A DNA stretch of 64,000 bases from Mantamonas sphyraenae STR306 (lineage: Eukaryota; Protista; CRuMs), in contig JAPMXV010000020.1 in assembly GCA_026936335.1 (NCBI GenBank), positions 186,001 to 250,000 on the forward strand. Reading direction: 5' to 3'. Below the pieces are notes generated by a model. It made no database searches and was not told where the DNA came from. It saw nothing but the letters and a program-made list of their open reading frames with translations. How positions within the stretch are numbered: the stretch's first letter is position 1; every line of letters begins with the position of its first letter. The position numbers and the translations under genes are program-made. Shown piece after piece: positions 1 to 12,804 of this stretch.

Positions 1-1561
1 TCATGAGGTCTGGGGTGAGGCTGTCGCCCATTTTGGTGACGAGCTGGATGGCAATCTCGACCTCATCGAGGTGGTCGAGGAAGGTGTTGAATTCGTGGAA
101 CTGGCGAAAGTTGATGCGGTACTCGTTGCCGTTGAGGCGCTCCTTGATGTTGAGCATGAGGCGCGGGAGGTCACGCATGCGTGCGTAGCCGACGGTGGAG
201 CGCATAAAGTCCTGCACCGAGATGGTGCCTGTACCCTCGGGATCAAAGTGGTCAAACTCGCGCTGCAACACCTCTTCACGAAGGCCGTTGAGGAACTTGA
301 GAAAGGTGGGCAGATCCAGCTTGCCCTGGCCCTTTTCGCCAAAGAAGTGGAGCACCAGACCCGAGTTGGCCTTGAGCGTGCTGTGCATCTTGCTGTGCTT
401 GTCGCGTCGCGAGAACCCAATCATGACCTGGTTGAACTCGGTGCGATCGATGACCCCGTTGCCGTCGAGGTCAAACATACGAAAGGCAATTTCAAAGAAT
501 TGGGGCGGGGCTGGGAGGAGGAGGGTCGCGGGGAGCGGATTGGGCAACGGGTTAGTGGGTGATCGGCGGTCGGAGGGACCCCACAACTGGGGCGTGCGAC
601 AACATACTGCGCAGCAGGGTGAGGAAGAACATGTACTCGTCAAAGTCAATGAGACCGTCACCGTCGGTGTCGGCCATGGCAATGTAGGAGGTCTTGCCGG
701 TCTTGCCTTGCTGGGAAAAGGATTTCTGTGCGCGAGAGGGTCGTCAGCGCGAGTGGGGAATGCGAGCATGGCAGCGGGAGCTTGGTAGGGGGCGGGGTGC
801 ACATGTGTGTGTGTGTGTGTCGGTTGGGTGTGGCGTGGGGCACACGTACCTTGTCGAGGAGAGTGCTTGCAGTGTCGCTGTGATACTCAAACGGGGTGAT
901 GGAGCGCATAAAGTCGTCCACGGTCATGAAGTACTTGCCGCCCTTCTTCTTGCTGGCAAAGTACTCAAACACCTTTTCAAAGTTGCTGTTCTGGCGAATG
1001 CGATTCTCGTAGTTGCCTGCCACCTTGTCCTTGTAGCCCATGCTCTGCAAATGAATGGCGCGTGTGCGTGTGAGCGAGCGGGCAGCTGGGGAGGGGAATC
1101 GTGGGCAGGCGCACGAACGAGCTCTTTTAGGCGCCAGGGAAGGGAAGGGCAGGCTGGGCAGCAGTTGCACATAAGCTCAATGGATATGCAAAGAGGCACG
1201 GAGCAACGTGGAAGGCACTCACCTCCATTTCATAGGGGCCCGAGGTGGAGAGGAGCTGGGTGGCAAAGACAATTGCCGCGCCCGAGCACACGAGCGTGCG
1301 AAGGTCCAGGAGGCTGGCGAGACCCTCGTGAGAAGACTGTTGGTGCGAATGTTGCTCGTACTGACGAGTGGCCTGCCTGACTACCTGTTGGCGACCTGTC
1401 TGCTGGCCATGGTGGCCCAGGACAGGCGGCTGTGTGTGAAGGGATCGCAGGGCACGAAGGCCGCCCACGGCACGCACATGCTGAGTCTGCTGTGTCTGTA
1501 CCGTGCCTGCCGTGCGTCCCACGACCTTGCAGAGCTGCTTGCTACGTCCTCGGGCAAACAT
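1..1561 (-). CDS. MICU1: Mitochondrial calcium uptake protein (MICU family, EF-hand); multi-exon, 3' end beyond the window
   Basis: ATG at 1561 begins a basic presequence-like N-terminus (MFARGRSKQL). Exon ~850-1044 has the MICU signature 'YENRIRQNSNFEKVFEYFAS'. Downstream exons encode EF-hands 'DTDGDGLIDFDEY' and 'FDLDGNGVIDRTEF'. Introns are GT-AG. Confidence 0.9.
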
Positions 1562-1643
1562 CCAGGTGGGAGGGAAGGGAAATGGTGGGGGTGGGAGCGC
1601 TGGAGGATTCATTGCTTGGAATCATTCAATGCCACCCTATGGC

Positions 1644-2993
1644 CTACACAAGGGTGCCGTCCAGAAGATCGCCACGCAGTTCGCTGTACTGCTTGGAGGC
1701 GTAGCGCATGCCGAGGGCGAGGACGATGACGGCGCCGAGGAAGCCAAAGAGCTCGCCATCGGAGGTGGTGGGCAGGGCGAGGAGAAAGTCGTAGGCACCG
1801 TGGATGAGGACAGGCACAGAGAGGAGCTTGACCACGCCAATGCTCTCTTTGAAAAAGTCACGGCGGGCCATGCCAACGCCAATGATGACGCCGTCGAGGG
1901 TGTGCAGAGGGACGGCCATGAGGGCGCGGAAGATGGCGACAGGCACAGTCCAGGTGACGGAGGTGCTGATGACGTAACCCACGTTCTCGAGGGTTGCAAA
2001 GCCAAGGGCCGCCGAGACGGCATAAATAACAGCGCCGATGGCGTCGTCGTACTCGGGCCTGGAGCTGATCCACTGAACGGCAAGGTACTTGGACAGCTCC
2101 TCGACGACCGCAACGATGAGGAAGTACTGCACAGCAGTGATGATGACTGTGATTGTGACGTCAGGGCAATGCAGGCGCATCCATGCAGTAGGGATATGTG
2201 TGTCAGTGGCTGGGCACAGGGGCCAAACAAAAAAGGGCGTGTGGGCGAGTTCGATGATGGGAGGGCTCACGCACTCTTGACAACGGTGGAGACGCTCTGG
2301 AGCCATTTGGGCAGCAGGAGGTCAAAGGCCATTTCGACGAGGGCGGCAGGGATGGCACAGAGGGCGCCTGTGACAAAGCAAATGACGACAAAGCGCAGCT
2401 GGGCACGAGAACGGTCGTTGCGCCAGTAGAAGAAGTACATGAGGAGGAAGCCAGGGATGATGCCAAGGACAGCCTGGAGGCCCCAGAGCGGCTGTGCAGA
2501 TGAATTGGGCGGAGTTGGCGGAGCGGAGGTTTGCGGGTAGATAGGGAGAGAGGGAGGTGTGGGCGGAGGGTGTGAGCGGCGTTGTGGTTGTTGGGGCAAC
2601 TGACGTGGTGACGGGGAAGAGAGGGGGGGAACACACATGAAGCGTCTCAAACCCGAGCAGAGTGACGGTGCCGAGAGCGAGAACAAGTACAGTGAAGAAA
2701 CAAGGCACGACGCAGTACATCTGCGTCCAGTATTCCTTGCTCATGACTGGAGGCGTCTCTTGGGCCGCGGACGAAGTTGCGCCGAGAGCAGCTGGTCGCG
2801 TCGCAGAGCCGCCCGAGCTGCCCGAGGATCCCAGGTTGAACCCAGATTCTTGGGAGTAGGCACCACGCGACGAGTCGACGAGACGGTCCGTCATGCGGAT
2901 GCCGTCTTCGAACGGGTCGTCGTCGTCGTCATAGCCCTGATCAAACATCGAGCCTCCGTCGAAGCCGCCCAGGATCACATCGTCGCGAGACAT
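1644..2993 (-). CDS. PrsW-family intramembrane protease; multi-exon
   Basis: Motifs 'VVEELSKY', 'ALGFATLEN', 'AVPLH' and 'LIHGAYD' occur in PrsW order among several TM helices. ATG at 2993 (MSRDDVIL) begins an acidic tail. Confidence 0.82.
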
Positions 2994-3136
2994 TTTCGGT
3001 GGTTCTGGGTGCGCAGGGTGGTTGTTGATTGTGGGGTGGGTCTGGCAGACGAACAAAGGGTGAGTGAAGTCGGTTCAGCATGTCAATTGCCTGATTCGGC
3101 TGCGCCCGAACCGGCACCAAAAACGCAGAATAGCGG

Positions 3137-4985
3137 ATGTCCACGGCAGCGACAGTATTTCCGACATTTGCATCGAATGCAGTGGTGAACTGGCTGAACC
3201 CGACGGCGGGCACGTGGGTGCCGCAAGGTAGGTGTGCAGAGGGGTACGCATGGGCGTTTACGGGACGTGTGTTCATTCCAGTGACGCTTTTTTTGCAGCG
3301 ATTTCTGAACACGGAATCTTTCGTGCCACTGACATGGAGTTGCATGGACACCGGACACGTCAGGGTCGAGCATGTGTGTAGTGACGGTGGCAGTGGATGT
3401 GGAGACCCTGACCTGGAAACTATATGCCAGGGACGGGCAGGGCGTGGTAAGTTATTTTTGTTGAAGCGGCCTTTTTTTGCTCAGCCGGAGTTCGCGACCA
3501 GCGCAGCGTTTTCGCGCCTGGCACAGCGCATGCATGTGTGCAGGGAGAAGAGGGTGCGGTGACACGTGAGCGAGGCTGTGAAGATGCGAGGGAGCAAATT
3601 TGCGGGATGTTTGCGTGGGCTGGGCAGTGTGCAGAGGAGCTGACACGGGAGCGGTGGGCCATGTGGCAAATTTCCCTCTGCGTGGTTCGTGCTTGCTGCA
3701 ACCTCAGGGAGTGGCCGTGACGGACATCGACGCTGCGTTTCAGTATGACATGGGCAACCCGCAGTTCCACCAATTTCAGGATGCACTGAAGCATGTGTGG
3801 GGACTGTCGTTTGTCTCCAAGGAGGAGGCTGAGCGTTTCGGCGCCATGGTGACCATTGCACAAACGTGTGTGGCCAACCCGTCGCAAGCTCGCACGACTG
3901 TGGACACCATTGTGTCGCAGGTGCGTGAGGCCCTGCCAGACTCTGACGGGGTGGCGCACGAGTTTGATAGTACGCCACCCAAGCAGCAGCCGCTGCCCAA
4001 GGAAAGCACGGGCAATTCGGCAGGCGCAAGCAAACCTGTGGAAGTGGAGGCCGAGAAGGTGGTGGAGATCGCACCGGAGCCGCAGGCCCAGGCCAAGCAG
4101 AAGGAGGAGGCCCCGTTGACGTTTACGCCGCCGCCGTTGGAGGAGGAAGAGCCGCCCGCGGCAGCCAGCAGCACGACAACCACCAGCACTACGTCCACAA
4201 GCGCAAGCGACAATGCGAGCAGTACAACCAGCACAACATCGACGAGCAGCACGAGCGGAGGGCTGAGCGAAGACAACAGCGGGTCGAACAGCCCCGGGTC
4301 GGAGAGTCCTGTAGCCAGCCCTAGGGGCAGCAAGATCAACGATATTGCATCTCGCTTTGCTATGCAGGAGGAAAAGGCAAACAAGAGCAACAACCGCCTG
4401 TCCAAGAAACTGGACAAGAGTGCGTTTGCTCACCTGGAGGGAATGGGCATGATGGGCATGGGAGGACCCATGGGCGGAGGCCCCAAGGGCAAAAAGAGCA
4501 ACCTTTCGCGTACAGAGAGCATGGACAGCGAGGACAGCCTCGGGGAGGCGTCGTTCGATGAGGTGCGCAAGCAAGGCGTGCTGATGAAGATGGGCAAGAA
4601 CGTGTTTTCCAAGTGGAAGCAGCGCTTCTGTGTGCTGACCGACTACGAACTGAGGTACTTTGAGCGCGAGGGAGACACAGAGATGCTGGGCAAGATCCCG
4701 CTGAGCACCGCCGAGTTTTCCGTGGACACAGAGACAGACAAGAAGAACTGCTTCAAGGTGAGCGCTTCGAGCAAGGACTACTTTTTCTACGCCAGCTCTG
4801 CAGTGGAGCGTGGCGCGTGGCTGAACGAAATCGAAAGCTGCAAGACACGTGTGGCCAACGCGTCGTCGGGTGGAGGGAGCAAGAAGAAGAGCAGCGGTGG
4901 CAACAAGCAGTGGCGCAACACATACGACGCCATGGGCTTGAGTGAGGAGGACATGAGCAAGCTCAACAGCGGGTTGAAGAAGTGA
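3137..4985 (+). CDS. EVH1/WH1 plus PH domain protein; 3 exons
   Basis: The spliced N-terminus reads 'W..PTAGTWVPQ...FHQFQDALKHVWGLSFVSKEEAERF' (EVH1-like). A S/T-rich linker follows, then a PH domain 'KQGVLMKMGKNVFSKWKQRFCVL...ERGAWLNEI'. Confidence 0.75.
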
Positions 4986-5069
4986 TGAGGCAGGCGTGGG
5001 GGGGTGTGTTGTGTGGCGCTACGGAAGCCACCGGAATCCCCACAAAGGAAAACCACATTCAAATTCATC

Positions 5070-6933
5070 ATGAGCGTTGAGATCTACACTTACCCCAACT
5101 CCATCCGCACGGCCAAGGCTGCCATCACTGCCCTGTACAACGGCGTGAACATCAGCTACCCCGAGTTCAAGATGGGTGTGGACAACAAGTCCAAGGTACG
5201 TGTGTTACACTTTGCCATTCTGGGGACGCATGTGCGGCATGCAGACTGGCGTCGTCCACACATAGGCCTCCACCTGTGCGGTGTGCGGTCGTGACAACCG
5301 CACAGAGAGAGAGAGAGAGAGGAGTTGCAAAAATCCTGCGAAATTGTGTTTGCTGACGCCTTCCGCGCTGGGCGCTGTTGGGTCCGCTTTCTCGCGCACG
5401 TGTATACCCACAGGACTTTCTGTCGTGGAACCCGTTCGGCAAGGTGCCCACCGCCATGACCAAGGACGGACCTCTGTTCGAGTCGACCGCCATCATGAAG
5501 TACGGTACGTTTAGAGGGAGTTTGCGCGCATGCAGAAACGAGGGATTTTCCCGTGTGGCCTGGGCACAGCGACAGGGACGCACACACGAGAGAGACTGAC
5601 CCACATTTGCACCCGCAGTGGCTTCCGTCGGTGAGGATGTCGGTCTCAACGGCAAGGACGAGTACGAGCAGGCCAGCATCGACCAGTGGCTGTGCTTCGT
5701 GGACGGCGACCTGCGTTTGCCGGGCTCGGCCTGGATCAACCCGATCCTGGGCTACGCCGCCCCGAACAAGGAGGCCACCGCCGCCGCTCAGGAGGACATC
5801 AAGAAGCTGCTGCAGGGCCTGAACAAGTACCTGCAGTTCCGCACCTACCTGGTGGGCGACCGCGTGACGCTGGCCGACATCGCCATGGTGTGCAGCCTGT
5901 CCACCATGTACCGTCTGGTGCTCGACACCAAGTTCCGCAAGAACTTCAAGAACGTCAACCGCTACTTTGAGCTGATCGCCAACCAGAAGAACGTGGTGGC
6001 TGTGCTGGGCGAGCCCGTGATGTGCGAGAAGATGGCCGTGGCTGCCGAGCCCAAGAAGGAGGAGAGCTCCCAGTCGCAGGAGGAGGCCCCCAAGAAGGAG
6101 AAGAAGGGCAAGAACCCGCTGGATCTGCTGCCGGAGTCGAGCTTTGTGCTGGACGACTTTAAGCGTCTGTACCAGAACAAGAGCAACACCCGCAAGGACG
6201 TGCTGCCCACCTTCTGGGAGACCTTTGACGCCGAGGGATACTCGCTGTACCACATCGAGTACGACGACCCGGCTGCCCTCGAGGGCCAGGCCGACTTCCA
6301 GGTGGCCAACCTGGTCAACGGCTTCTTCCAGGTGAGTTTTCTTTTTTCCGCCCCGCTTGCGACGACGACGACGACGACGACTGAGCTTTTCCCCTTGTTC
6401 CCATTTTCCCTTTTCTTCTGTGCTGCTGTTGTTGCTGGTGTGCGCGCCGTGTCGTCCGGCCATGAGGATCGATATAGTTATCCCTGTCTGAAGATTTAAC
6501 TTTTCATTTTCTAAAAATGTGGAAGCCTACAACTATGCTGAGCCAGCAAGCAGCCGCCGCAGCAGAAGCAACAGCAGCAGCAGCACGCGAGCGAGTGCGG
6601 TGATCTGTGGTGTCTTTGTGCCTCGCGGAAAGCTCACACATAACCCTCCCCGGGCAAACACAAACGCAGCGTCTGGACCGCCTGCGCAAGTACGGCTTTG
6701 GCATCATGCTGATCTTTGGCGAGAAGAAGAAGCACACCCTGTCCGGTGTGTGGATCTTCCGCGGTGACGGCATCCCGGCCGAGATGTCCACTTGCGACGA
6801 CAGCGAGCTGTACATCTTCAAGCGCCTGAACCCGCAGGACGACGCCGACAAGGAGCTGTTCAGCGACTACATGGCCTGGGACGGAAACCTCGGTGGCCGT
6901 GGCGAGGCTCTGGACGGCAAGGTGTTTGTCTAA
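5070..6933 (+). CDS. EEF1G: Elongation factor 1B gamma; exons ~5070-5195, 5414-5504, 5619-6331, 6670-6933
   Basis: GST-N ('NPFGKVP...LFESTAI'), GST-C ('TYLVGDRVTLADI') and EF1G domain ('KNPLDLLPESSFVLDDFKRLY', 'GVWIFRG') are present. Splice sites are canonical and codons are strongly C/G-ending. Confidence 0.96.
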
Positions 6934-7064
6934 GTTGCTGGAAACAACAAAAACCCGCTGCGTGAGGCCAGCGGATCCCGTGCTGGTTCTCTCCAGTGCA
7001 TTTCCCAAAACGAATTCTCTCTCTGCATTGGTGTTTGTGTTTGCTGTGTGTCTTGTCCAGGAGG

Positions 7065-9775
7065 TCACCTGCTGTTGCTGCTGCTGGTGCTGGATGTGGC
7101 TGCGAGGTGGAGAGCGAGGGTGCCGCGTGTGACGACGCCCGAGTCGCTCCGAGTCCGTGTGGACGGCCCAAGCCTGGCAATGGGTTTGAGCCCCACAGGT
7201 GCGACGCCGGGAGTGACAAAGGGCTGGCTGGCGCGTTGCAGATCCAGAAGAATGTCGTCGGGAGTGGCCGGTGCAAACTGTCGTGGTTTGGATGGTGGTG
7301 GCGTGCTGCCTACGGGTGGATGGTTGATGACACGCACGTCGTCGTCCTCATCCGTCTCTTCACCATCCAACTCCTCGTCGCTGTCCCGTCGCGGATGTTG
7401 CTGTGGCCGTCGTTGCTGCTGCTCGTCCTCTGTGTCTGTGCTGGCTCGTGGCGACTTTCCCAACCGTTGCAGCACCTTGCGCTTTGTTGTGGGCGTGTGT
7501 GCAGGCGACTGGCTGCCCGACGCTACGCTGCTGGGCGAGCCTGTGCGCGCTGCATTGACCAGGGCGAGCGCAGCGGTGGCTGACGTGTTGGCCACCAGTT
7601 GCGGGCGTGTGGGCGTTCGTGGCGTATCAATGGTAGTGTTGCCTGTGGGTGTCGAGGTGCGCGAGGCAGTGGGTGTCGAGGTGCGCGGGGTGGTTGCAAC
7701 CGACTTTGCCGGATCGCGGGTGGCCGAGGCTGGCTGACTGTGTGCGCCTGCACCCAGATGTTCCACATCGTGCTTGCCAGCGGGCGTGGCATGGCCAGGC
7801 AGCTTCACGTACCAGGTGCTGGTGTCCACACGGCCAGTCGCATCGAGGTAGTGGAGGACGGCCATGGCTACCAAAAGGAGTGCCCAGAGAATGTACATGG
7901 CGGTTTGGGCGGGTTCCTTGGATTGGGGTTGGTCCACGATGGCAATGCCCATGAGGGAGGCCAGGGCACTGGCAAACTGTGCAGTGGCACGCCAGTAGTC
8001 CCAGATGGATTGCGAAGGCCGTGTGAGCGCACAGTAGACGGCCAGCACAAGCAGGAAGCAGAACTGGATGCACATGCGCGCCAATGGGTAGTTGTTGAGC
8101 AGCCAGGAAAACACAGTGATGACAAAGCCCAGGTTGTTGCTAAGCAGGTGGAAACTAGGCGTCCAGCGGATGTCCAGCTCCATGTCGCGCTCTTCCCACA
8201 GTGGCGTGCCCAACACGGCCATGGGATAGTACAGAGCCAACGTTAGCAGGCCAAACCAGACCATGGCAAAGTGGGAGGCATCCCAACAGGCCACAGCAGG
8301 GTCGCGGTACAAGACGGCTGTGTTGCCGGCCGCTGAATAGTTGCAGAAGAGCACCGAGACCATTTGGTTGATGAGAGGCACGTACAAAAGGCTGGAGACA
8401 CCGGACAGGTACTCCAGGGCATTGAAGTGGACGTCGATGCCTCGCAGAGATAGCCACCCCTGCCATCGGGGAGCCTCGAGGAGGAGCCGCATGACGACCG
8501 AGATGACGACCGAGAGGGCAAACAGCACAGCAGGCTGGCGCAAGTTGAATTGCAGAGAGGTGAACGTGGCACGGAGCCAGGGATGCCAGGGCACAGTGGG
8601 GGTGTTGAAGGAAAAGGCGCTGAGCTGGACAAACTCCCAAAAGATGGAAAAAATGGTGAGGTAGTTTGCTGTGTTGCGTCGAATGTGGGAGGAGGAGGGT
8701 GTGCTCGTGGCTTGTGAGCGCACGCCGCAGTACGTGGTCAAGCCCAGCAGGAGGGCGAGGATGAGCACGAGGACGGTGTCGACGGCCGCTCCGCCGTCAC
8801 CGAGAGATGGATAGTCGCCGTTGGCCACGGCCCCACCAACGCCCATGACCACAATGACCAGCACCAGGAGTAGGACATCGATGGCCCACTGGATCTGTCG
8901 CGGGATAGGTTCGTTGAGAAACCAGAGTGGTACGGAGAGGGAGCCCACAAGCGGGTTGTGTGCAATGTCCATAAACTGCACACGCAGACACAGTAGCGTG
9001 GGTGGGCAGAGTGAGCCAGGATGCACGTGAGGGATTGCGGGAGGGAGGCCGGGCGCGGTTGAAACGTTACCTGCAAACGCTGCAAAAGGCCAATCTCCGG
9101 GATGAGTGAGGAGAGGCGGTTGGAACTGACGTCGAGGAGACGCAGACGTTCCATGCCCGACACTGTGGTGGGCAGAGTGGTGAGCTGGTTGTTGTTGGCG
9201 CGGAGGACCTCAAGTTTGTCCAAGCGGCCGATTTCCCGCGGTAGCTGTGGACAAGGATGGGCCGCAGGAGAGGGCGGGTGCACACAGGGTGAGCGGAAAG
9301 GGTGCAGAAACGAGGGGTTGGGGCATTGGGCGTTCTGGGGTCAAACTCACAAGAGTCAGCTGGTTGTAGCCGAGGTCGAGGTGCTTGAGGCTGACCAACG
9401 CGCCAATCTCGGCGGGCAGAAAGAGAAGGCCATTGTGGCTGACGTCGAGGGTGTGCAGGTTTGTGAGGGCACCCAGCTCGGGTGGAAGGCTCATGAGTTT
9501 GAGGGCACGGCATTGCAGAGTCTCCAGCTGGACGAGATTGCCTGCAACGGGGAAGGGGTTAGCACTGACACAACCAAGACACGGGGAGGCCTGGGGGCAC
9601 ACGAACCGATGACGGGATCGAGCTCAGTAAGCATGTTTTCGTTCAGGTCGAGCTCTTTGAGGTGTGTGAGCGTACCCAGCGATGCAGGCAGCTCTGTGAG
9701 AGCAATGAGGCCGGCTTTGAGCGAGCGCGCCTGGTCTTCACGACACTCGCGGATGGCCTCTTCAAAGAGCTCCAT
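7065..9775 (-). CDS. LRR plus multi-pass membrane protein with a disordered C-terminal tail; multi-exon
   Basis: ATG at 9775 (MELFEEAI). LRRs ('LTELPASLGTLTHLKELDLNENML') run across several short exons, followed by about 9 hydrophobic segments including 'SVLFCNY...LYRDPAVACW'. Confidence 0.75.
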
Positions 9776-9865
9776 GGGGTTGCGCTGTCCGAGGCAGGGC
9801 AACGAGGAGCACAACCAACTTTTACAGACAAGCACACATCCACACTCACCGGCGCCACAAACATC

Positions 9866-10228
9866 ATGAACCAAGCACGCAGTAGTTCGATCCAGGCGCC
9901 GAATCCGCCGCAGAAAGGGTCGTTCCCGTTGGATCACGACGGCGAGTGCACCGAATCGATGGCGCAGTACATGGAATGTCTGCAACAGCACAGCAACAAG
10001 ATTGTGGAGTGCAAGAGCCTGGCCAAGGTGTATCTGGAGTGCAGAATGAAGCGGTGAGTTCAAGCGGTGCGGCGGAAAGGAGTCGGACGAATTTCGCGTG
10101 CGGCGCACACGACTCACATGCCTGCGCTACACAGAGGTCTGATGATGGAAGAGCCCATGAGCAACCTGGGCTTCCAGGAGGAAGAGGGTGGCGAGGACAC
10201 AGACGGGAAACAGGAGAGGCAGGAGTGA
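9866..10228 (+). CDS. COX19: Cytochrome c oxidase assembly protein COX19 (twin CX9C); intron 10054-10134
   Basis: Reads 'PPQKGSFPLDHDGEC...YMECL...CKSLAKVYLECRM', then spliced 'GLMMEEPMSNLGF'. Confidence 0.95.
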
Positions 10229-10263
10229 GACGAGCGCGCGCGGCTGGGCAGGCAAACTACAGC

Positions 10264-11537
10264 ATGGACGTGGAGCTGCTGAGCAATGCGAGGAGGCTGC
10301 GGCAGGAGGCATTGGATGTAAATGAAGCGTTGAGAACGACAGAGGCAGGGGCAGTGAGCCAGGTGGATTTGCGGCGCTCGGCTCTTGCGGACGAGGAGCG
10401 GAGCAAGCTGCAGGAGCTGGAGATGCTGGAGGGGGAGATTGCAGACATGAAGAAGCAGTTGCGGGAGTTGGAAAAGGCACAGGCACAGTCAAAGAAGCTG
10501 GGCAGCTCGGTAGAGTGGGTTGTACAGCGTGGACGTGTGGACGTGTGGTGGATTGTGGATTGGCGCGCGCGTTGCTGACACGTCGGGCGCACGCAGAGAG
10601 CACCTGGACGTGGCGTCGAAGCAGATGTACAACACGATGTTGGCAGATGATGATGCTCTGTTTTCACAGGCGCAGGAAGACGAGATCCTGCAACAGGTGG
10701 GTTGCAGAACGGGGTGCCGATTTGGGTGATGGCGGGAAAGCGCGGGAAGCGTCTGGATTTTTTGTGTGTGGATGGGGCTGACACACGGCACGGGGTGTTT
10801 TGCACGGTGTGTGTTGCGTGTTGCAGATTGGTGAGCAGAGGGCGTTGGGCATTGAGATTACACGTGCACACCAGCACGTGCTGAGTGGCAAGGAGCAGGA
10901 ACAGATCGACGTGCCCACAACGAGGCGTGCGCGGAACCGTGGAAGGGGCAAGGCAAGGACGACAAGTGTGCGTAGGTACAAGGTGGAAGGGCACAGCTGG
11001 GGCAACACATTCGGAATGGAGTTTCTGGTAAAGGAAAGCAGTGAGCTGACGGTGTTTGGGCTGGAGGTGGAGGTGTGCGAGGCTCTGCAGGAGCCGTTGA
11101 GGCCGTTTGTGGCCAAGTGTGAGAAAGACAATTCGGTGCAGGGCTTCCTGAGTGGGCTGGCCGGCTATTGCAACGTGGCGGCGCGGCGGCAAGGAGTGTA
11201 CAGAGCGTTTGCGCAGGAGTATGGCCAGGAGGTGGAGTACGTGGAGAGTGTGGCGTGCACACAGATGACGTATATGGATGGCACGCAAGGGGTGGGTTTG
11301 ACCATGGACTGGACGGCAGAGTGGAACGAGGAGAGCAACGGGTGGGACGAGGTCGTGGACTGCTGGATGGTGAGCACAGAAACGTACCAGGCCCAAGTGG
11401 GGCAGAGGCTGATGGAGCAGCTGAGCGCAGGCTGGAACCAGATGTTTAGGGATGTGATGGTCCAGTGTGAGGGCGATGTGTTGACCGCGCTTCGCTTCCT
11501 TGTGGAGAGTGTGCGTGGTGAACGGTTCGATGAATGA
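10264..11537 (+). CDS. CENP-P/Ctf19-like kinetochore protein (coiled coil plus RWD-like region); 3 exons
   Basis: After an N-terminal coiled coil, 'RRYKVEGHSWGNTFGMEFLV...LRPFVAKCEKDNSVQGFLSGL...RRQGVYRAFAQEY' resembles the CENP-P core as I recall it. Confidence 0.55.
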
Positions 11538-11658
11538 GGGAGGAGAAATGAAAGGAAGAGTGTGTTTTGGGATGCGAATCATGTTGAGAGTGGGTGGAGA
11601 CAGACAGAGGACGGGAGGTCGGACGCGGAGGCCACCAAACAAAAAAACAACAGCCAAC

Positions 11659-12773
11659 ATGGACGCGGGTGCATCCGCGGGAATTGTCCTTGCGATCATC
11701 GTGGTTTTGGTGTTGATTTATATCAATTACTCACTGATCATTGTGCACCAGGCTGAGGGTGAGTCGTGGGGAGGGGCGCATGGATTTCCCATTGACGACG
11801 CAAACTCACGCTGCGGGCTGGGACTGGCACAGGCATGGTGATTGAGCGGTTCGGCAAGTTCCAGCGCGTTCTAAAAAGCGGGCTAAACTGGATCACGCCG
11901 TTTGTGGACACGCCGCGCTCGTTCAACTGGACGCGTACGTCGCTGCTGCCGTCGGGAGCGATCGAGGACACACGGTGAGTTTGACTTTGCGCATGGTTTT
12001 TCGGGTTGCGGGGTTGCCTTGGGCCGTACAGCTGACACCACAGGGACACACGGGGCACACACAGCACTACGGACTCGCGCATCGACCTGCGTGAGAGCGT
12101 GTTCAACTTTATGCGCCAGGAGGTGTACACCAAGGTGGGTTAGCGCGGGGCGAAGAGAACGGGCGGTGTTGATGGAGTTTGGCGGGTGCGCACAGGTGCA
12201 CGGAGGGACTGACACACGACGCACTGGGGTGCGCTTGAAACATGTACAGGACACTGTGCTGGTCACAGTGAACGCACTGATGTACTACCGCATCTTTGAC
12301 ATCAAGAAGGCGGTGTACGAGGTGGACGATCTGGAGTCGGCGTTGAGCAACACGGCTCAGACTCAGCTCAAGGAGGTGTTTGGAAACGTATGTGGCGTGA
12401 ATGGGGCGAGAGAGTGGAAGGAGCAACAGTGAGATGGGGCGTCCATGGGGCACACACGTGGCAGAGGTGATCGGAATGTTGCAAGCGGCAAGAGAGAGAC
12501 GCACAGAGAGAGAGGCGCCACACAATTTCCCTCTTGACTCACATTGGTCGATGCGGGCAAACGCAACACACACACCACAGATGTCGTTCTCCGAGGCGCT
12601 GCAGTCGCAGGCTGCGATCAACAAGCACCTTGGCGCAGAGTTTGCCAAGCTCTTCTATGCCTGGGGCATCAGCGTGGTGCGTTGTGGGCAAATTGAAGGG
12701 GGAGAAAGCCGGGTTCCCACCAGGCATGATCGCAAACTCCAGACTCGGTCGACTGACACGGCGATGGCGACAC

Positions 12774-12804
<31 letters not shown>

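Noticed and set aside
12770-12803. (CA)n and other microsatellites (also ~804-820, 5303-5320, 6360-6380, 17977-17995)
   Set aside because: These are ordinary intronic simple repeats.
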